Shown here piece by piece: positions 26,318 to 35,750 of a DNA stretch of 64,000 nucleotides. Origin of the DNA: an uncultured Gemmatimonadales bacterium (GTDB lineage Bacteria > Gemmatimonadota > Gemmatimonadetes > Gemmatimonadales > GWC2-71-9); assembly GCA_963730185.1 (NCBI GenBank), contig CAVSQW010000009.1, positions 224,001-288,000 of the forward strand, in the 5' to 3' direction. Made by a program: the position numbers and the translations under genes. The first letter of the stretch is position 1, and every line of letters begins with the position of its first letter. The notes under the pieces were generated by a model. It had not been told where the DNA came from. It saw only the letters and a program-made list of their open reading frames with translations, and made no database searches.

Positions 26318-28582
26318 TCACCGGCCTCCTGCCGGAAGGTGCTCGATCAGGTAACGGGTCAGGCGAGCGTAGATGTTGAGCGTGGTGCCGGCCCCTTCGC
26401 AGATGCAGTGGCTGCGATTGGGGTAGTCCATGAAGTCGAACGACTTGCCCAGCTGGATCAGGCGATTGACCAACCGCTCGGTGCCCTGGAAGTGCACGTT
26501 GTCGTCGCCGGAGCCGTGCACCACCAGGAGACGACCCCGGAGTCCCTGCGCGAAGTTGATGGGCGACGCCTTGTCGTAGGCCGCCCGATCGAGCGAGGGC
26601 AACCCCATGTACCGCTCCTGATAGATGGTGTCGTAGAGGAGCTGGTCCGGAACCGGGGCGACCGCCATCCCGACCTGGTACACGTCCGGGTAGCGGAACA
26701 TGGCCTGGAGGGTGCTCGAGCCGCCGCCGCTCCAACCCCAGATCGCCACCCGGGTCGAGTCGAGGTAGTGGTGCTGCCGGGTGAGGGCCCGGACGGCTTC
26801 GGCCTGATCGCGGCTCGACAGGACACCGATGGCGCCGTACACCACCTTCCGCCAGGCCCGTCCGCGCGGGGCGGGGGTGCCTCGATTGTCCACGCTCATC
26901 ACCACGTATCCGGCGTCGGCCAAGGCATGGTGCCAGAGGCCCTGCTCCCCCCGCCAGGCGTCGACCACCGTCTGTCCGGCCGGCTCGCCGTAGACGTGAA
27001 CGAGGACGGGGTAGCTCTTGGTCGAGTCGAAGCTCCGGGGCTTGATCATCCAGCCGTCCAGCCTGACACCGTCGCCCACGTCCACCTTGAAGAACTCGGC
27101 CGGCCGCCCGACGGCCCGGTCCACGGCAGCCCGCTGCTCGCCGTTGTCGGCCAGGACTCGGATCCGCTCGTGTGAGGGTAGCCGGACCAGGTCGATCGAC
27201 GCAGGCCGCTCGAATCGGGACCAGGCGTGGAACGCGAACCGGGCGTCGGGGGCGATCTCATAGTCGTTGGTTCCCGGCTCGTCCGCTGGGGTGACCCGCT
27301 CCAGCTTGCCGGTGCCGTCGAGGCGGGTCCGGTAGAGGTAGCGGCTGGTGGCGTCGTCCGGCGAGGCGATCAGGTAGAGCCATCCGCCCGTCTCGTCGAC
27401 GGCGGCCACCTCGATGGCGTCGTAGTCGCCGGTAGTCACCCGGGTAATCCGGCTCCCGTCGCGAGCCACCCGATAGAGGTGGCGCCAGCCGTCCCGCTCG
27501 CTTACCCAGAGGAACTCCTTGCCGCCGGCCAGCCAGGTGAGGTCGTCCACCACGTCGACCCAGGCGCTGTCCCGCTCGGTCAACACCGTCCGCACGGTCC
27601 CGCGGGTCGGGTCGGCCAGCATGACCCGATCGGTGTTCTGGAGTCGATTGATCCGCTGCAGCACGACGGTCGAGTCGTCGACCCACTCCATCCGAGGCAG
27701 ATAGTTCTCGCGCGGATCGTCGGGGACCGGGAGCCAGGTCGTTGGACCGCCGGACGCCGACACCACCCCCACCTGCACGGCCGAATTGGTGGTCCCGACC
27801 TTCGGATACTGGATCGGAATCACCTTCGGGTAGAGCGAGTCGGTGTCGTTGATCAGACGGAACGTCCCGACCCCGGTCATGTCGAAGTGCCAATACGCGA
27901 TCCGGTGGCCGTCCGGCGACCAGCGGAAGCCGTCCCGAAGCGAGAACTCCTCCTCGTAGACCCAGTCCGTCATGCCGTTGACGTGGAGGGAGTCGGCACC
28001 GGTCGTGAGCCGGGTGATCGTCCCGTCCTTCAAGGTCTCGACGTAGATATCTCCCTGGCGGACGTACGCGACGCGATCGCCGGCGGGCGAGAACTTGGCG
28101 TACATCAGCGACGATTCGGGCGCCTCCGATCCGCCGAGCTTCCGGAGCGAGCCGCTCCGGCGGTCGAGCACCCAGTAGTCGCCCCGGGTGTTCTGACGCC
28201 AGACCCGGGCGGAGTTGGTGAAGACGAGGACCTGGCCGCCGTCGGGCGAGAGGGCGTAGTCCTCGAGCTCGAGCGGTTCGGTGGCGCCGGACGGGATCAG
28301 GGCGTTGGCCGGAACGAAGATCGAGCGGGCGCCGGTGGCGGTCTGGTAGCGAACGATGTCGACGCCGCGGCCACCGGCGGACGGCTCCACGGTGGTGTAG
28401 GCGGTCCCCTGCTCGATCCACACCGCCGGCCCGAACCGCTCCCTCGGGGCGAACTCGCGCGAGGCGAAGATCCGCTGCACGCTCGCCTCGAGGTCCGGTG
28501 GCACGGTGGGCAGCTGGGCGGATGCCGGGACCGAGCCCGCGGCCACCAGCGAAACGACGAGGAGGATGACGCGGCGAGGCAT
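26318..28582 (-). CDS. Dipeptidyl peptidase IV (S9B), exported
   Basis: DWVYEEE, YPKVG, GWSGGG nucleophile, HGSGDDNVH, RSH; signal peptide. Confidence 0.93.
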   Translation of the reverse strand: MPRRVILLVVSLVAAGSVPASAQLPTVPPDLEASVQRIFASREFAPRERFGPAVWIEQGTAYTTVEPSAGGRGVDIVRYQTATGARSIFVPANALIPSGATEPLELEDYALSPDGGQVLVFTNSARVWRQNTRGDYWVLDRRSGSLRKLGGSEAPESSLMYAKFSPAGDRVAYVRQGDIYVETLKDGTITRLTTGADSLHVNGMTDWVYEEEFSLRDGFRWSPDGHRIAYWHFDMTGVGTFRLINDTDSLYPKVIPIQYPKVGTTNSAVQVGVVSASGGPTTWLPVPDDPRENYLPRMEWVDDSTVVLQRINRLQNTDRVMLADPTRGTVRTVLTERDSAWVDVVDDLTWLAGGKEFLWVSERDGWRHLYRVARDGSRITRVTTGDYDAIEVAAVDETGGWLYLIASPDDATSRYLYRTRLDGTGKLERVTPADEPGTNDYEIAPDARFAFHAWSRFERPASIDLVRLPSHERIRVLADNGEQRAAVDRAVGRPAEFFKVDVGDGVRLDGWMIKPRSFDSTKSYPVLVHVYGEPAGQTVVDAWRGEQGLWHHALADAGYVVMSVDNRGTPAPRGRAWRKVVYGAIGVLSSRDQAEAVRALTRQHHYLDSTRVAIWGWSGGGSSTLQAMFRYPDVYQVGMAVAPVPDQLLYDTIYQERYMGLPSLDRAAYDKASPINFAQGLRGRLLVVHGSGDDNVHFQGTERLVNRLIQLGKSFDFMDYPNRSHCICEGAGTTLNIYARLTRYLIEHLPAGGR

Positions 28583-28724
28583 CGACGACCCTTCGAACGG
28601 TGGAGACCGGAAGATATCGAGGGAGCCCGGGCTGGGCGACGTTGTGTCTGGCGCGAGGCGGGCGCTGACGGTACGATCCAGCCATCCCTTCCGAACCGAT
28701 CTTCATCTTCGTTGGAGGCCCTGA

Positions 28725-30155
28725 ATGCGCGCCGCCCGCTCGCTCCTCGTCATGGCGCTCCTCCCGGGAGCCCTGCCCGCCCAAGGTACGGCCAATTTCC
28801 CCGCGGCCGAGCGCGCCTTCGTCGCCGTCGACGCCCCGGCGGTGGCGCTGACCCACGTCAAGCTGATCGACGGCACCGGGGCCGCCCCCCTGGACGATCA
28901 GACGGTGGTGTTCTCGGCTGGCCGGATCAGCTGGGTGGGGCCCAGCGCGTCGGCCCAGATCCCGGCCGGAGCCCAGGTCCTCGACCTTCCTGGCCACACG
29001 GTGATCCCCGGCCTGGTGGGCCTTCACGACCACACCTTCTACGGCGGGGGTGGCTGGCCGTATGTCCACCAGCCGGTCAGCGCGCCCCGTCTCTATCTGG
29101 CCTCCGGCGTCACCACCATCCGCACCACCGGGAGTACGGCGCCCTATCAGGACCTGATCATCAAGCACGCGATCGACAGCGGGATCGTGGTAGGACCGCG
29201 GATGTACGTCACCGGTCCCTACATCACCGGCCCGGGCGGCAACGACGGGATCATGTACGAGGTCGCGACGCCCGAGGCGGCCCGCCGGATCGCGGCCTAC
29301 TGGGCGGGTGAGGGCGCCAGCTGGCTCAAGGTCTACAACATGATCACCCGCGAGGAGCTGGCCGCCCTGGTGGACGAAGCCCACAAGCACGGGGTCAAGG
29401 TCACCGGCCACCTCTGCTCGATCGGCTATCGCGAGGCGGTGGCCCTGGGCATGGACGCCGTGGAGCACGGTCTCTACGCCAACTCGGAGTACGATCCGGA
29501 CAAGACGCCGGACCACTGTCCCGGTGTCAAGATGAGCGTGATCGAGGGGCTCGACGTCGACGGGCCCGCGGTCCAGGCCACCTTCAAGGACATGGTGAGC
29601 CATCACGTGGCCATGACCTCGACCCTGGCGATCTTCGAGGGGCTGATGTCGGGCCGGCCTCCGCTCGAGCAGCGAACCCTCGACGCGCTCTACCCGCCGG
29701 CTCGCGACGCGTATCTCAAGGCCCGCGAGATGCTCACCACTCCGGCGGCCAAACCGTTCGTCGTGACCGATGCCGGGCTCGCCAAGCTGATGGCGTACGA
29801 GGTGGCCTTCGTGAAGGCGGGGGGGCTTCTTGGTGCCGGGGTCGACCCCACCGGCGTGGGCGGCGTCCTGGCCGGGTTCGGCGACCAGCGGAACTACGAG
29901 CTCTTCCTCGAAGCCGGCTTTTCACCTCAGCAGGCGATCCAGGTCCTCACCGGCAACGGCGCCAAGGTGCTCGGAGCGTACGACCGGTTCGGCAGCGTCA
30001 CTCCCGGCAAGCTGGCCGACCTGGTGGTGATTCGGGGCGACATCGTCGCCACGCCGGCCGACATCCGGAACGTCACGCTCGTGTTCCGGGAAGGGGTGGG
30101 CTACGACTCGCCCAAGCTGATCGCGTCGGTCAAGGGCATGGTCGGACTCCGGTGA
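28725..30155 (+). CDS. Exported amidohydrolase-family protein
   Basis: PGLVGLHDH, GVTTIRT, GHL, EHG, GKLADLVV; GGAGG RBS. Confidence 0.88.
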   Translation: MRAARSLLVMALLPGALPAQGTANFPAAERAFVAVDAPAVALTHVKLIDGTGAAPLDDQTVVFSAGRISWVGPSASAQIPAGAQVLDLPGHTVIPGLVGLHDHTFYGGGGWPYVHQPVSAPRLYLASGVTTIRTTGSTAPYQDLIIKHAIDSGIVVGPRMYVTGPYITGPGGNDGIMYEVATPEAARRIAAYWAGEGASWLKVYNMITREELAALVDEAHKHGVKVTGHLCSIGYREAVALGMDAVEHGLYANSEYDPDKTPDHCPGVKMSVIEGLDVDGPAVQATFKDMVSHHVAMTSTLAIFEGLMSGRPPLEQRTLDALYPPARDAYLKAREMLTTPAAKPFVVTDAGLAKLMAYEVAFVKAGGLLGAGVDPTGVGGVLAGFGDQRNYELFLEAGFSPQQAIQVLTGNGAKVLGAYDRFGSVTPGKLADLVVIRGDIVATPADIRNVTLVFREGVGYDSPKLIASVKGMVGLR

Positions 30156-31096
30156 CCCGAGCGGGGCTCGCGGTCCTGCTCGCCGCGACGGCCGGCTGTG
30201 GTCGAGCCACGCCGCGGCTCGCCGATACCTGGTGCCACCATCCGGAGCGGGCCGGGTACGATTCGCTGACTCGGGTGGCTTCGCCCGATCCCTGGTTCCG
30301 CGTGTATCAGGTCGACAGCGCCGTGTACGCCCTCTACGAGCCCGAGCAGTTTCAGGAGGTCATTTCCTACCTGATCGTCGGTGCCGATCGCGCCCTGCTC
30401 TTCGACACCGGGATGGGAATGCGGCCGATCCGCCCGGTCCTGGAGTCCCTGACCGATCGGCCGATCACGGTCGTCAACTCACACACGCACTACGACCACA
30501 TCGGCGGCAACGCCGACTTCGACAGCATTCTGGCGATGGACACGGAGTTTACCCGCGAGAACGAGCGCGGCAACCCGCATGCGGCGGTGGCGGGTGAGGT
30601 GACCCCGGAGGCGGTCTGCCTGATCCACCTGCCGGGATTCGACACGGCGGGTTACGCGATTCGTCCCTGGACACCGACCGGCACCGTCGCCGACGGCAGC
30701 ACCATCGAGCTGGGCGGGCGGACCATCGAGGTCGTCGCGGCGCCGGGCCATACCCCGGACGCGATCGCCCTCCTGGACCGGGAGGCCGGCCTGCTCTGGA
30801 CCGGCGACACCTTCTACGACGGCCCGATCTGGCTCTACTTCCCGGGCACCGATCTCGACGCCTACCAGCGAAGCATCGAGCGCCTGGCCGCCCTCGCCCC
30901 GGGCCTCAAGCGGATCTTCCCGGCCCACAACACACCGGTCGCGCCGCCCACCCGCCTGCCCGAGCTCGTGCGCCGGTTCGCCGAGGTGCGGAGCGGTGGG
31001 GTTCGAGGTGAGCCTCGGGACGGCGGCTTGATGGAGTACCGCTTCCCGGGTCTCCCCTTCTCCTTCCTGATGCGGCCAGTAGCCCGGCCTCGTTGA
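30152..31096 (+). CDS. Metallo-beta-lactamase-fold hydrolase, lipoprotein
   Basis: Lipobox TAGC, HTHYDH, PGHT, TGD, PAH. Confidence 0.88.
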   Translation: MTRAGLAVLLAATAGCGRATPRLADTWCHHPERAGYDSLTRVASPDPWFRVYQVDSAVYALYEPEQFQEVISYLIVGADRALLFDTGMGMRPIRPVLESLTDRPITVVNSHTHYDHIGGNADFDSILAMDTEFTRENERGNPHAAVAGEVTPEAVCLIHLPGFDTAGYAIRPWTPTGTVADGSTIELGGRTIEVVAAPGHTPDAIALLDREAGLLWTGDTFYDGPIWLYFPGTDLDAYQRSIERLAALAPGLKRIFPAHNTPVAPPTRLPELVRRFAEVRSGGVRGEPRDGGLMEYRFPGLPFSFLMRPVARPR

Positions 31097-31108
31097 CCGA
31101 GCCCGCGC

Positions 31109-32590
31109 TCAGTTGGCGGGTGGTTCGGGCTGGGTCGGATTCCGGACCGGCTGGCCCGGCATCGCGCCTTTCACCAACTCGCCGTCCTTGACCACGAAGG
31201 TGCCGTTCACCAAGACGTAGGGAATTCCGGTCGACAGCTTGGTCGGCTCGGCGAAGGTCGCCTGGTCCTTCACGGTGGCCGGATCAAACACCGTGAGGTC
31301 GGCGTCGGCGCCGACCGCGATCCGGCCCTTGTTCTTCATCTCCGGCACGTAGGACTCGAGCCGGCGGGCCGGGAGGATCGTCATCTTCGCGATCGCGTCC
31401 ATCAGCGGCAGGAGGTGCTTCTCCCGCACGTAGAGGCCGAGGACCCGGGCGTAGGTGCCGGCGCCGCGGGGGTGACCGGTGCCGTTGACGAAGGGAACGC
31501 CGTCGCTCGCGATGATCACCCCAGGGTGGGCGATCGCCCGCTCGACATTGGCGTCCTTCATCAGGTAGAGGATGACCCAGCCACCTTCCTTCCGGTACTG
31601 GTCGAAGGTCGCCTTGGTGAGCCGCTCACCGGTCTTGGCCCAGCCCAGATCGCCGTAGTCGATCTTGACGTTCTTCTGCCAGCCGGGATTGAAAAGAGCC
31701 GACTCGATCAGGGTCGAGGCCGCGGTGTAGGGGTACACCTCGGTGGTCACGTCCTGTCCCGCCGCCCGGACCGAGTCGATCAGGGCCAGCGCCTCAGGAA
31801 GATCGTCGCCCGCGCTGCTCCCGACGTGCACGACGTGGAGCGAGGCTCCGGTGGCCCGGGCTTCGTCGATTGCCTCCCGGATGGCGCCGATGCCGAACGC
31901 CCGGGTGTGCACGAACACCGGCGCATGGCGCTCGGCCGCCACCGCGAACATGCTCTGAATTTCCGACGGCTCGGCGCCCGGGGTGTAGTTGATCCCGAAG
32001 CCGACACCCAGGGCCCCGTCGGAGAGTCCCTCGCGGATCGCTCCGCCCAGCGCCTCGACCTGCGCCCCGCTCGCCGCCGCATTGGCGGCCGCCGGCATCG
32101 GCCCCGCCTCCTTGGCCGCGGTCGGATTGGTCGGCCAGTGACCGACCTTGATGTGGTTGAATACCCAGAACCGGGCGGCGATGTGACTCACGGTCGCCCC
32201 GAAATTGACCGGCGCCTTGCCGGCCATCGCCTCGTACCACGGCGCCACCGGATAAACCCCCACCTCGAGCTCGAGTGCCGTGGTCACGCCGTCCCGCGCC
32301 ATGATCTCCATGTCGCTGGTCGTCTGGCCGTGGGCGTGGAGGTCGATGAAGCCCGGGGCCACCACGTTGCCCGCCACGTCCACCACCTGTTTGCCCCGGA
32401 GCGGGTCAACCGAAATCGCCGCGATCTTCCCGCCGTTGATCCCGACGTTCCGAACCGAGTCGAGGCCCGAGGCGGGATCCATCACCCGGCCACCCTGGAG
32501 CACCAGATCGTACTCCGGCGTCCGGGTGCAGCCGGCAAAACCCGCGAGCAGCATCAGAGCCAAACCGAGGCGAGAGCCGCGAGAAGGCAT
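31109..32590 (-). CDS. N-acyl-D-amino-acid deacylase-like amidohydrolase, lipoprotein
   Basis: Lipobox FAGC, APGFIDLHAH, TEVYPY, ASDG, HPRGAGTY, GADADL. Confidence 0.85.
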   Translation of the reverse strand: MPSRGSRLGLALMLLAGFAGCTRTPEYDLVLQGGRVMDPASGLDSVRNVGINGGKIAAISVDPLRGKQVVDVAGNVVAPGFIDLHAHGQTTSDMEIMARDGVTTALELEVGVYPVAPWYEAMAGKAPVNFGATVSHIAARFWVFNHIKVGHWPTNPTAAKEAGPMPAAANAAASGAQVEALGGAIREGLSDGALGVGFGINYTPGAEPSEIQSMFAVAAERHAPVFVHTRAFGIGAIREAIDEARATGASLHVVHVGSSAGDDLPEALALIDSVRAAGQDVTTEVYPYTAASTLIESALFNPGWQKNVKIDYGDLGWAKTGERLTKATFDQYRKEGGWVILYLMKDANVERAIAHPGVIIASDGVPFVNGTGHPRGAGTYARVLGLYVREKHLLPLMDAIAKMTILPARRLESYVPEMKNKGRIAVGADADLTVFDPATVKDQATFAEPTKLSTGIPYVLVNGTFVVKDGELVKGAMPGQPVRNPTQPEPPAN

Positions 32591-32739
32591 GGGAGACCTT
32601 TCAGGATCGAATTAAAGGAAACCAGCGTACCCGTATTTCGTCTTCAATCATACGAAGTGACGCTGCGATCGGCCAGTCGACCTGGCGTACCTGGCGCCGA
32701 TCTCGAACGGCATCGGCCCGGGCGTCCAATCGGTTGCCG

Positions 32740-34113
32740 CTAGCCTCCGGCCGGGTGCCGCTGGAGGATGGCGCGGACAGCGTCGCTCATCCGAAGCGCC
32801 GGTTCGAGCGGGGGTGCGGTCGCGCCCGCCGCCAAGAGGGCCGCCACGGTGCCGGGATGGTCGCCCTCCTCCTTGTGCCACGCGTTGAGCGAGCCGTGGA
32901 TCGCCCATCCGAGGGGCGTCCCTCCGAACTGCTGCTCGCGCACCTCGAGCGGCGCGCCGCGGCGGAGCAGGTCCTCGACCACGGCCAGGTCGCCGTGCCA
33001 GGCGGCCCAGTGGAGCGCCGTCTGGCCCTCGCCGCCCGAGGCCTCGACCGGCCAGCCTGCCTCGAGCAGGCGGTGCACGGCTCCGGGGTTCCGATTCTGG
33101 GCCGCGTCGGGCAACCGTCGTCGATCGGCCTCCGTCAGCGTCGCCGCCAGATTCGGGTGCCTGGCGCGGAGCCATCGCAGGGTCTCGTCGTCGCCGGCTT
33201 CGCAGGCGGTGGAGAGTTGGAGCGACGCGGGGCTGCGGTCGAGCAGCAGTCGGTAGGCGTCGAGGTGACCGCGTCGGTGGGCTGCCAGGTGCGGCGTGGT
33301 GTGCCAGCCCAGGGTCCAGATGTAGATCGATCCGCCGGCTCGCGGGTTACGGCGAGGGAACCATTCGTCGGACACGCTGATTCGGATGGCGTCGGGCTCC
33401 CGGTCGAGGAGGGCGCGCATCCGGCCCCCGTCGCCCAGGGCGGCCAGGAGCAGAAGGTCGGCCTGGCAGCCCCGCTCCACCAGATGCCGGGCGACGTCCG
33501 GGTGCTCCGACACGAGATACTGGGCCGGGGTCGACTCGTGGTCCACGTCGAGAGCGTCCAGGTCCGCGCCGTGTTCCAGCAACAGCTCGGCGATCTCCAC
33601 CGTGGCGGCGCGGTGCAGCGGCGTCTGGCCGTCTCCGCCCCGGGATCGGGCCAGCGCCGGCTCGGCCGCGAGCAGGGCCGCGAGCCGATCCGACCAGCCC
33701 AGTCGGGCCGCGGCGTGGGGAGTGAGGGTGGCACCCCGCTCGAGGAGATGCCGGGCGAGCTCCGGCGTGGCCTCGTCGAGCGCCGTGAAGCCGCCGGCCC
33801 ACCATTGGCTCCGGGCGTCGGGGTCGGCGCCGGCGTCCAGCAGCACGTCGACCAGGGCTCGGTCGTCTCGACTGACGGCCGTGTTGAGCGGCAGACTCCC
33901 GAAAGCGCCGCCCGGAATCGGCTGCCTGACCAGCCCCCGGAGGGATGCATGCCGGGTCAGGAGCTCACGCAGCCGAGGCGCGTCACCCTGATGAAAGGCG
34001 GCGATCACCTCCTCGAGCGCCGACGGGTCGCCCTGACGAAACTGGCGGAGCAGCTCCTTGGCCTGGGCCTTCAGATGGTCGAGATGGGGGCGAGACGGCA
34101 GGTCACGAGGCAC
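32740..34113 (-). CDS. Ankyrin repeat protein
   Basis: GQTPLH, GQTALHWAA, GTPLGWA repeats; N-terminal LPSRPHLDHLKAQAKELL; GGAGG RBS. Confidence 0.9.
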   Translation of the reverse strand: MPRDLPSRPHLDHLKAQAKELLRQFRQGDPSALEEVIAAFHQGDAPRLRELLTRHASLRGLVRQPIPGGAFGSLPLNTAVSRDDRALVDVLLDAGADPDARSQWWAGGFTALDEATPELARHLLERGATLTPHAAARLGWSDRLAALLAAEPALARSRGGDGQTPLHRAATVEIAELLLEHGADLDALDVDHESTPAQYLVSEHPDVARHLVERGCQADLLLLAALGDGGRMRALLDREPDAIRISVSDEWFPRRNPRAGGSIYIWTLGWHTTPHLAAHRRGHLDAYRLLLDRSPASLQLSTACEAGDDETLRWLRARHPNLAATLTEADRRRLPDAAQNRNPGAVHRLLEAGWPVEASGGEGQTALHWAAWHGDLAVVEDLLRRGAPLEVREQQFGGTPLGWAIHGSLNAWHKEEGDHPGTVAALLAAGATAPPLEPALRMSDAVRAILQRHPAGG

Positions 34114-34240
34114 GATTCCTCCCTTGACGAGCCCGGTGTCCGCTGAGTCGGGCCCAAGAGAGGTTCACGCTCTGGGGCGATCGGGCACGGCACAGGAGGG
34201 ATCGTCCCTTTCCGCGGACTGGACGCAACCTGTCTTGCGC
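34114..34240 (-). promoter_or_regulatory. Candidate structured cis-regulatory RNA leader of the ankyrin gene
   Basis: Nested stems found by hand (GUCCGC/GCGGAC enclosing AGGGA/UCCCU and GCCCGA/UUGGGC) and an anti-SD CCUCCU. Confidence 0.5.
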
Positions 34241-34378
34241 CCCGGGAGTGTATCCGTGGCCGGGCGCCGAAGCAAACGCCTCCGGCCGTCCCTCTTCGCG
34301 CCGGCCAACGTCGCTCCGGTCGCCGGCGTGTATCCTTCCTGCCGGATCGATCCTCGGCGCCGGCGACGGAGAGTACGG

Positions 34379-35614
34379 ATGGCAGGCGAGCGGAGCGTGG
34401 TGGTGATTGGTGCGGGGGCGGCGGGCCTGATGGCGGCGATCTTCGCCGCGCGGGCCGGCGCCCGGGTTCGCCTGCTCGAGCGGACCCGCGACGGCGGTCG
34501 GAAGATCCTGATCAGCGGCGGTGGCCGATGCAACGTGCTTCCGGCCCGACTCGATGAGACGAGATTCGTCACCGACTCGTCGCCGCACACGCTCCGGAAG
34601 ATGCTTCGCTCGTGGCCACTCGCCGATCAGATTGCGTTCTTCCGGGCCGACCTCGGGATTCCGCTCGAGGAGGAGATCGAGTCGGGCAAGCTCTTTCCCG
34701 TCTCCAATCGGGCCCGGGACGTCCGGGACGGGCTGCTGGCGGGCGCCGTCGGGGCAGGAGTGGAGTTCCTGCCGGATACGATGGTGACCGACCTCGAGCC
34801 CGGGCCGGGTGGATGGCGGGTGCACCGCCGAGGCGCGGCTCCAATCGGTGGCGACGCGGTGGTCGTGGCGACCGGGGGGCTCTCGGTCCCGAACACGGGC
34901 AGCGACGGCGAGGGACTCGAGGTGCTTCGTCGTCTCGGGCACCATCTCCACCCGACCTACCCGGCGCTCACCCCGATCACCACCGCCGACCCGCGCCTCC
35001 TCGCCCTCGCCGGGATCTCGTTGCCGGTGAGTCTCGCCGCCGAGGACGGTCGCCGCCGGGCGAGCGCGAGCGGGGGATTTCTCTTCACCCATCGGGGGTA
35101 CAGCGGGCCCGCCGTGCTGGACGTGTCGCACGTGCTCGTCCGAGCCCGCCTCGAGGGGCGCCTCGACGCTCGACTCCGGGTTCGGTGGGGCGCCCTGGAT
35201 CCACGGACGTGGCGCGAGGCCCTGGAGCCGACCGGCCGCGGGACGGTCGGGCCGGTGGTTCGGAGCCGGCTTCCCGACCGGCTCGCCGCGGTCCTGCTGG
35301 GGCTGGCCGAGATCGACCCCGGCCGCCAACTGGCTCAGCTCACCCGGGACCAGCGCCGCGGCCTGCTCGCGGTATTGACCGAGGCCGACCTTCCCTGGAC
35401 CGGTGACGAGGGCTATCGGAAGGCGGAGGTGACGGGGGGCGGCGTGAGCCTGACCGAGGTCGATCCGCGGACCTTGGAGAGCCGGCGGTGTCCGGGCCTC
35501 TTCCTCGCGGGCGAGGTGCTGGACGCCTTCGGTCCGATCGGGGGTTACAACTTTGCCTGGGCGTGGGCCACCGGTCGCGCCGCGGGTCAGGGCAGCGCGC
35601 GACCCAGTCCCTGA
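34379..35614 (+). CDS. HI0933/BaiN-family flavoprotein
   Basis: IGAGAAG, KILISGGGRCN, ATGGLS, LFTHRGYSGP, VTGGGV, GGYNF; start ATG 34379. Confidence 0.92.
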   Translation: MAGERSVVVIGAGAAGLMAAIFAARAGARVRLLERTRDGGRKILISGGGRCNVLPARLDETRFVTDSSPHTLRKMLRSWPLADQIAFFRADLGIPLEEEIESGKLFPVSNRARDVRDGLLAGAVGAGVEFLPDTMVTDLEPGPGGWRVHRRGAAPIGGDAVVVATGGLSVPNTGSDGEGLEVLRRLGHHLHPTYPALTPITTADPRLLALAGISLPVSLAAEDGRRRASASGGFLFTHRGYSGPAVLDVSHVLVRARLEGRLDARLRVRWGALDPRTWREALEPTGRGTVGPVVRSRLPDRLAAVLLGLAEIDPGRQLAQLTRDQRRGLLAVLTEADLPWTGDEGYRKAEVTGGGVSLTEVDPRTLESRRCPGLFLAGEVLDAFGPIGGYNFAWAWATGRAAGQGSARPSP

Positions 35615-35750
35615 GGCGGGCCCGTCGCGGCCTGGCCGCCGAGGTGAAGCGACCGGTGGAGGTCGGCCGTCGTCGCCGAGATTTCGCCCGCCCTGGCGGA
35701 CGCCGGCGACGTCCGGCAGAACGCCGGCCGGACCGCGCCCGTTCCGGCGC

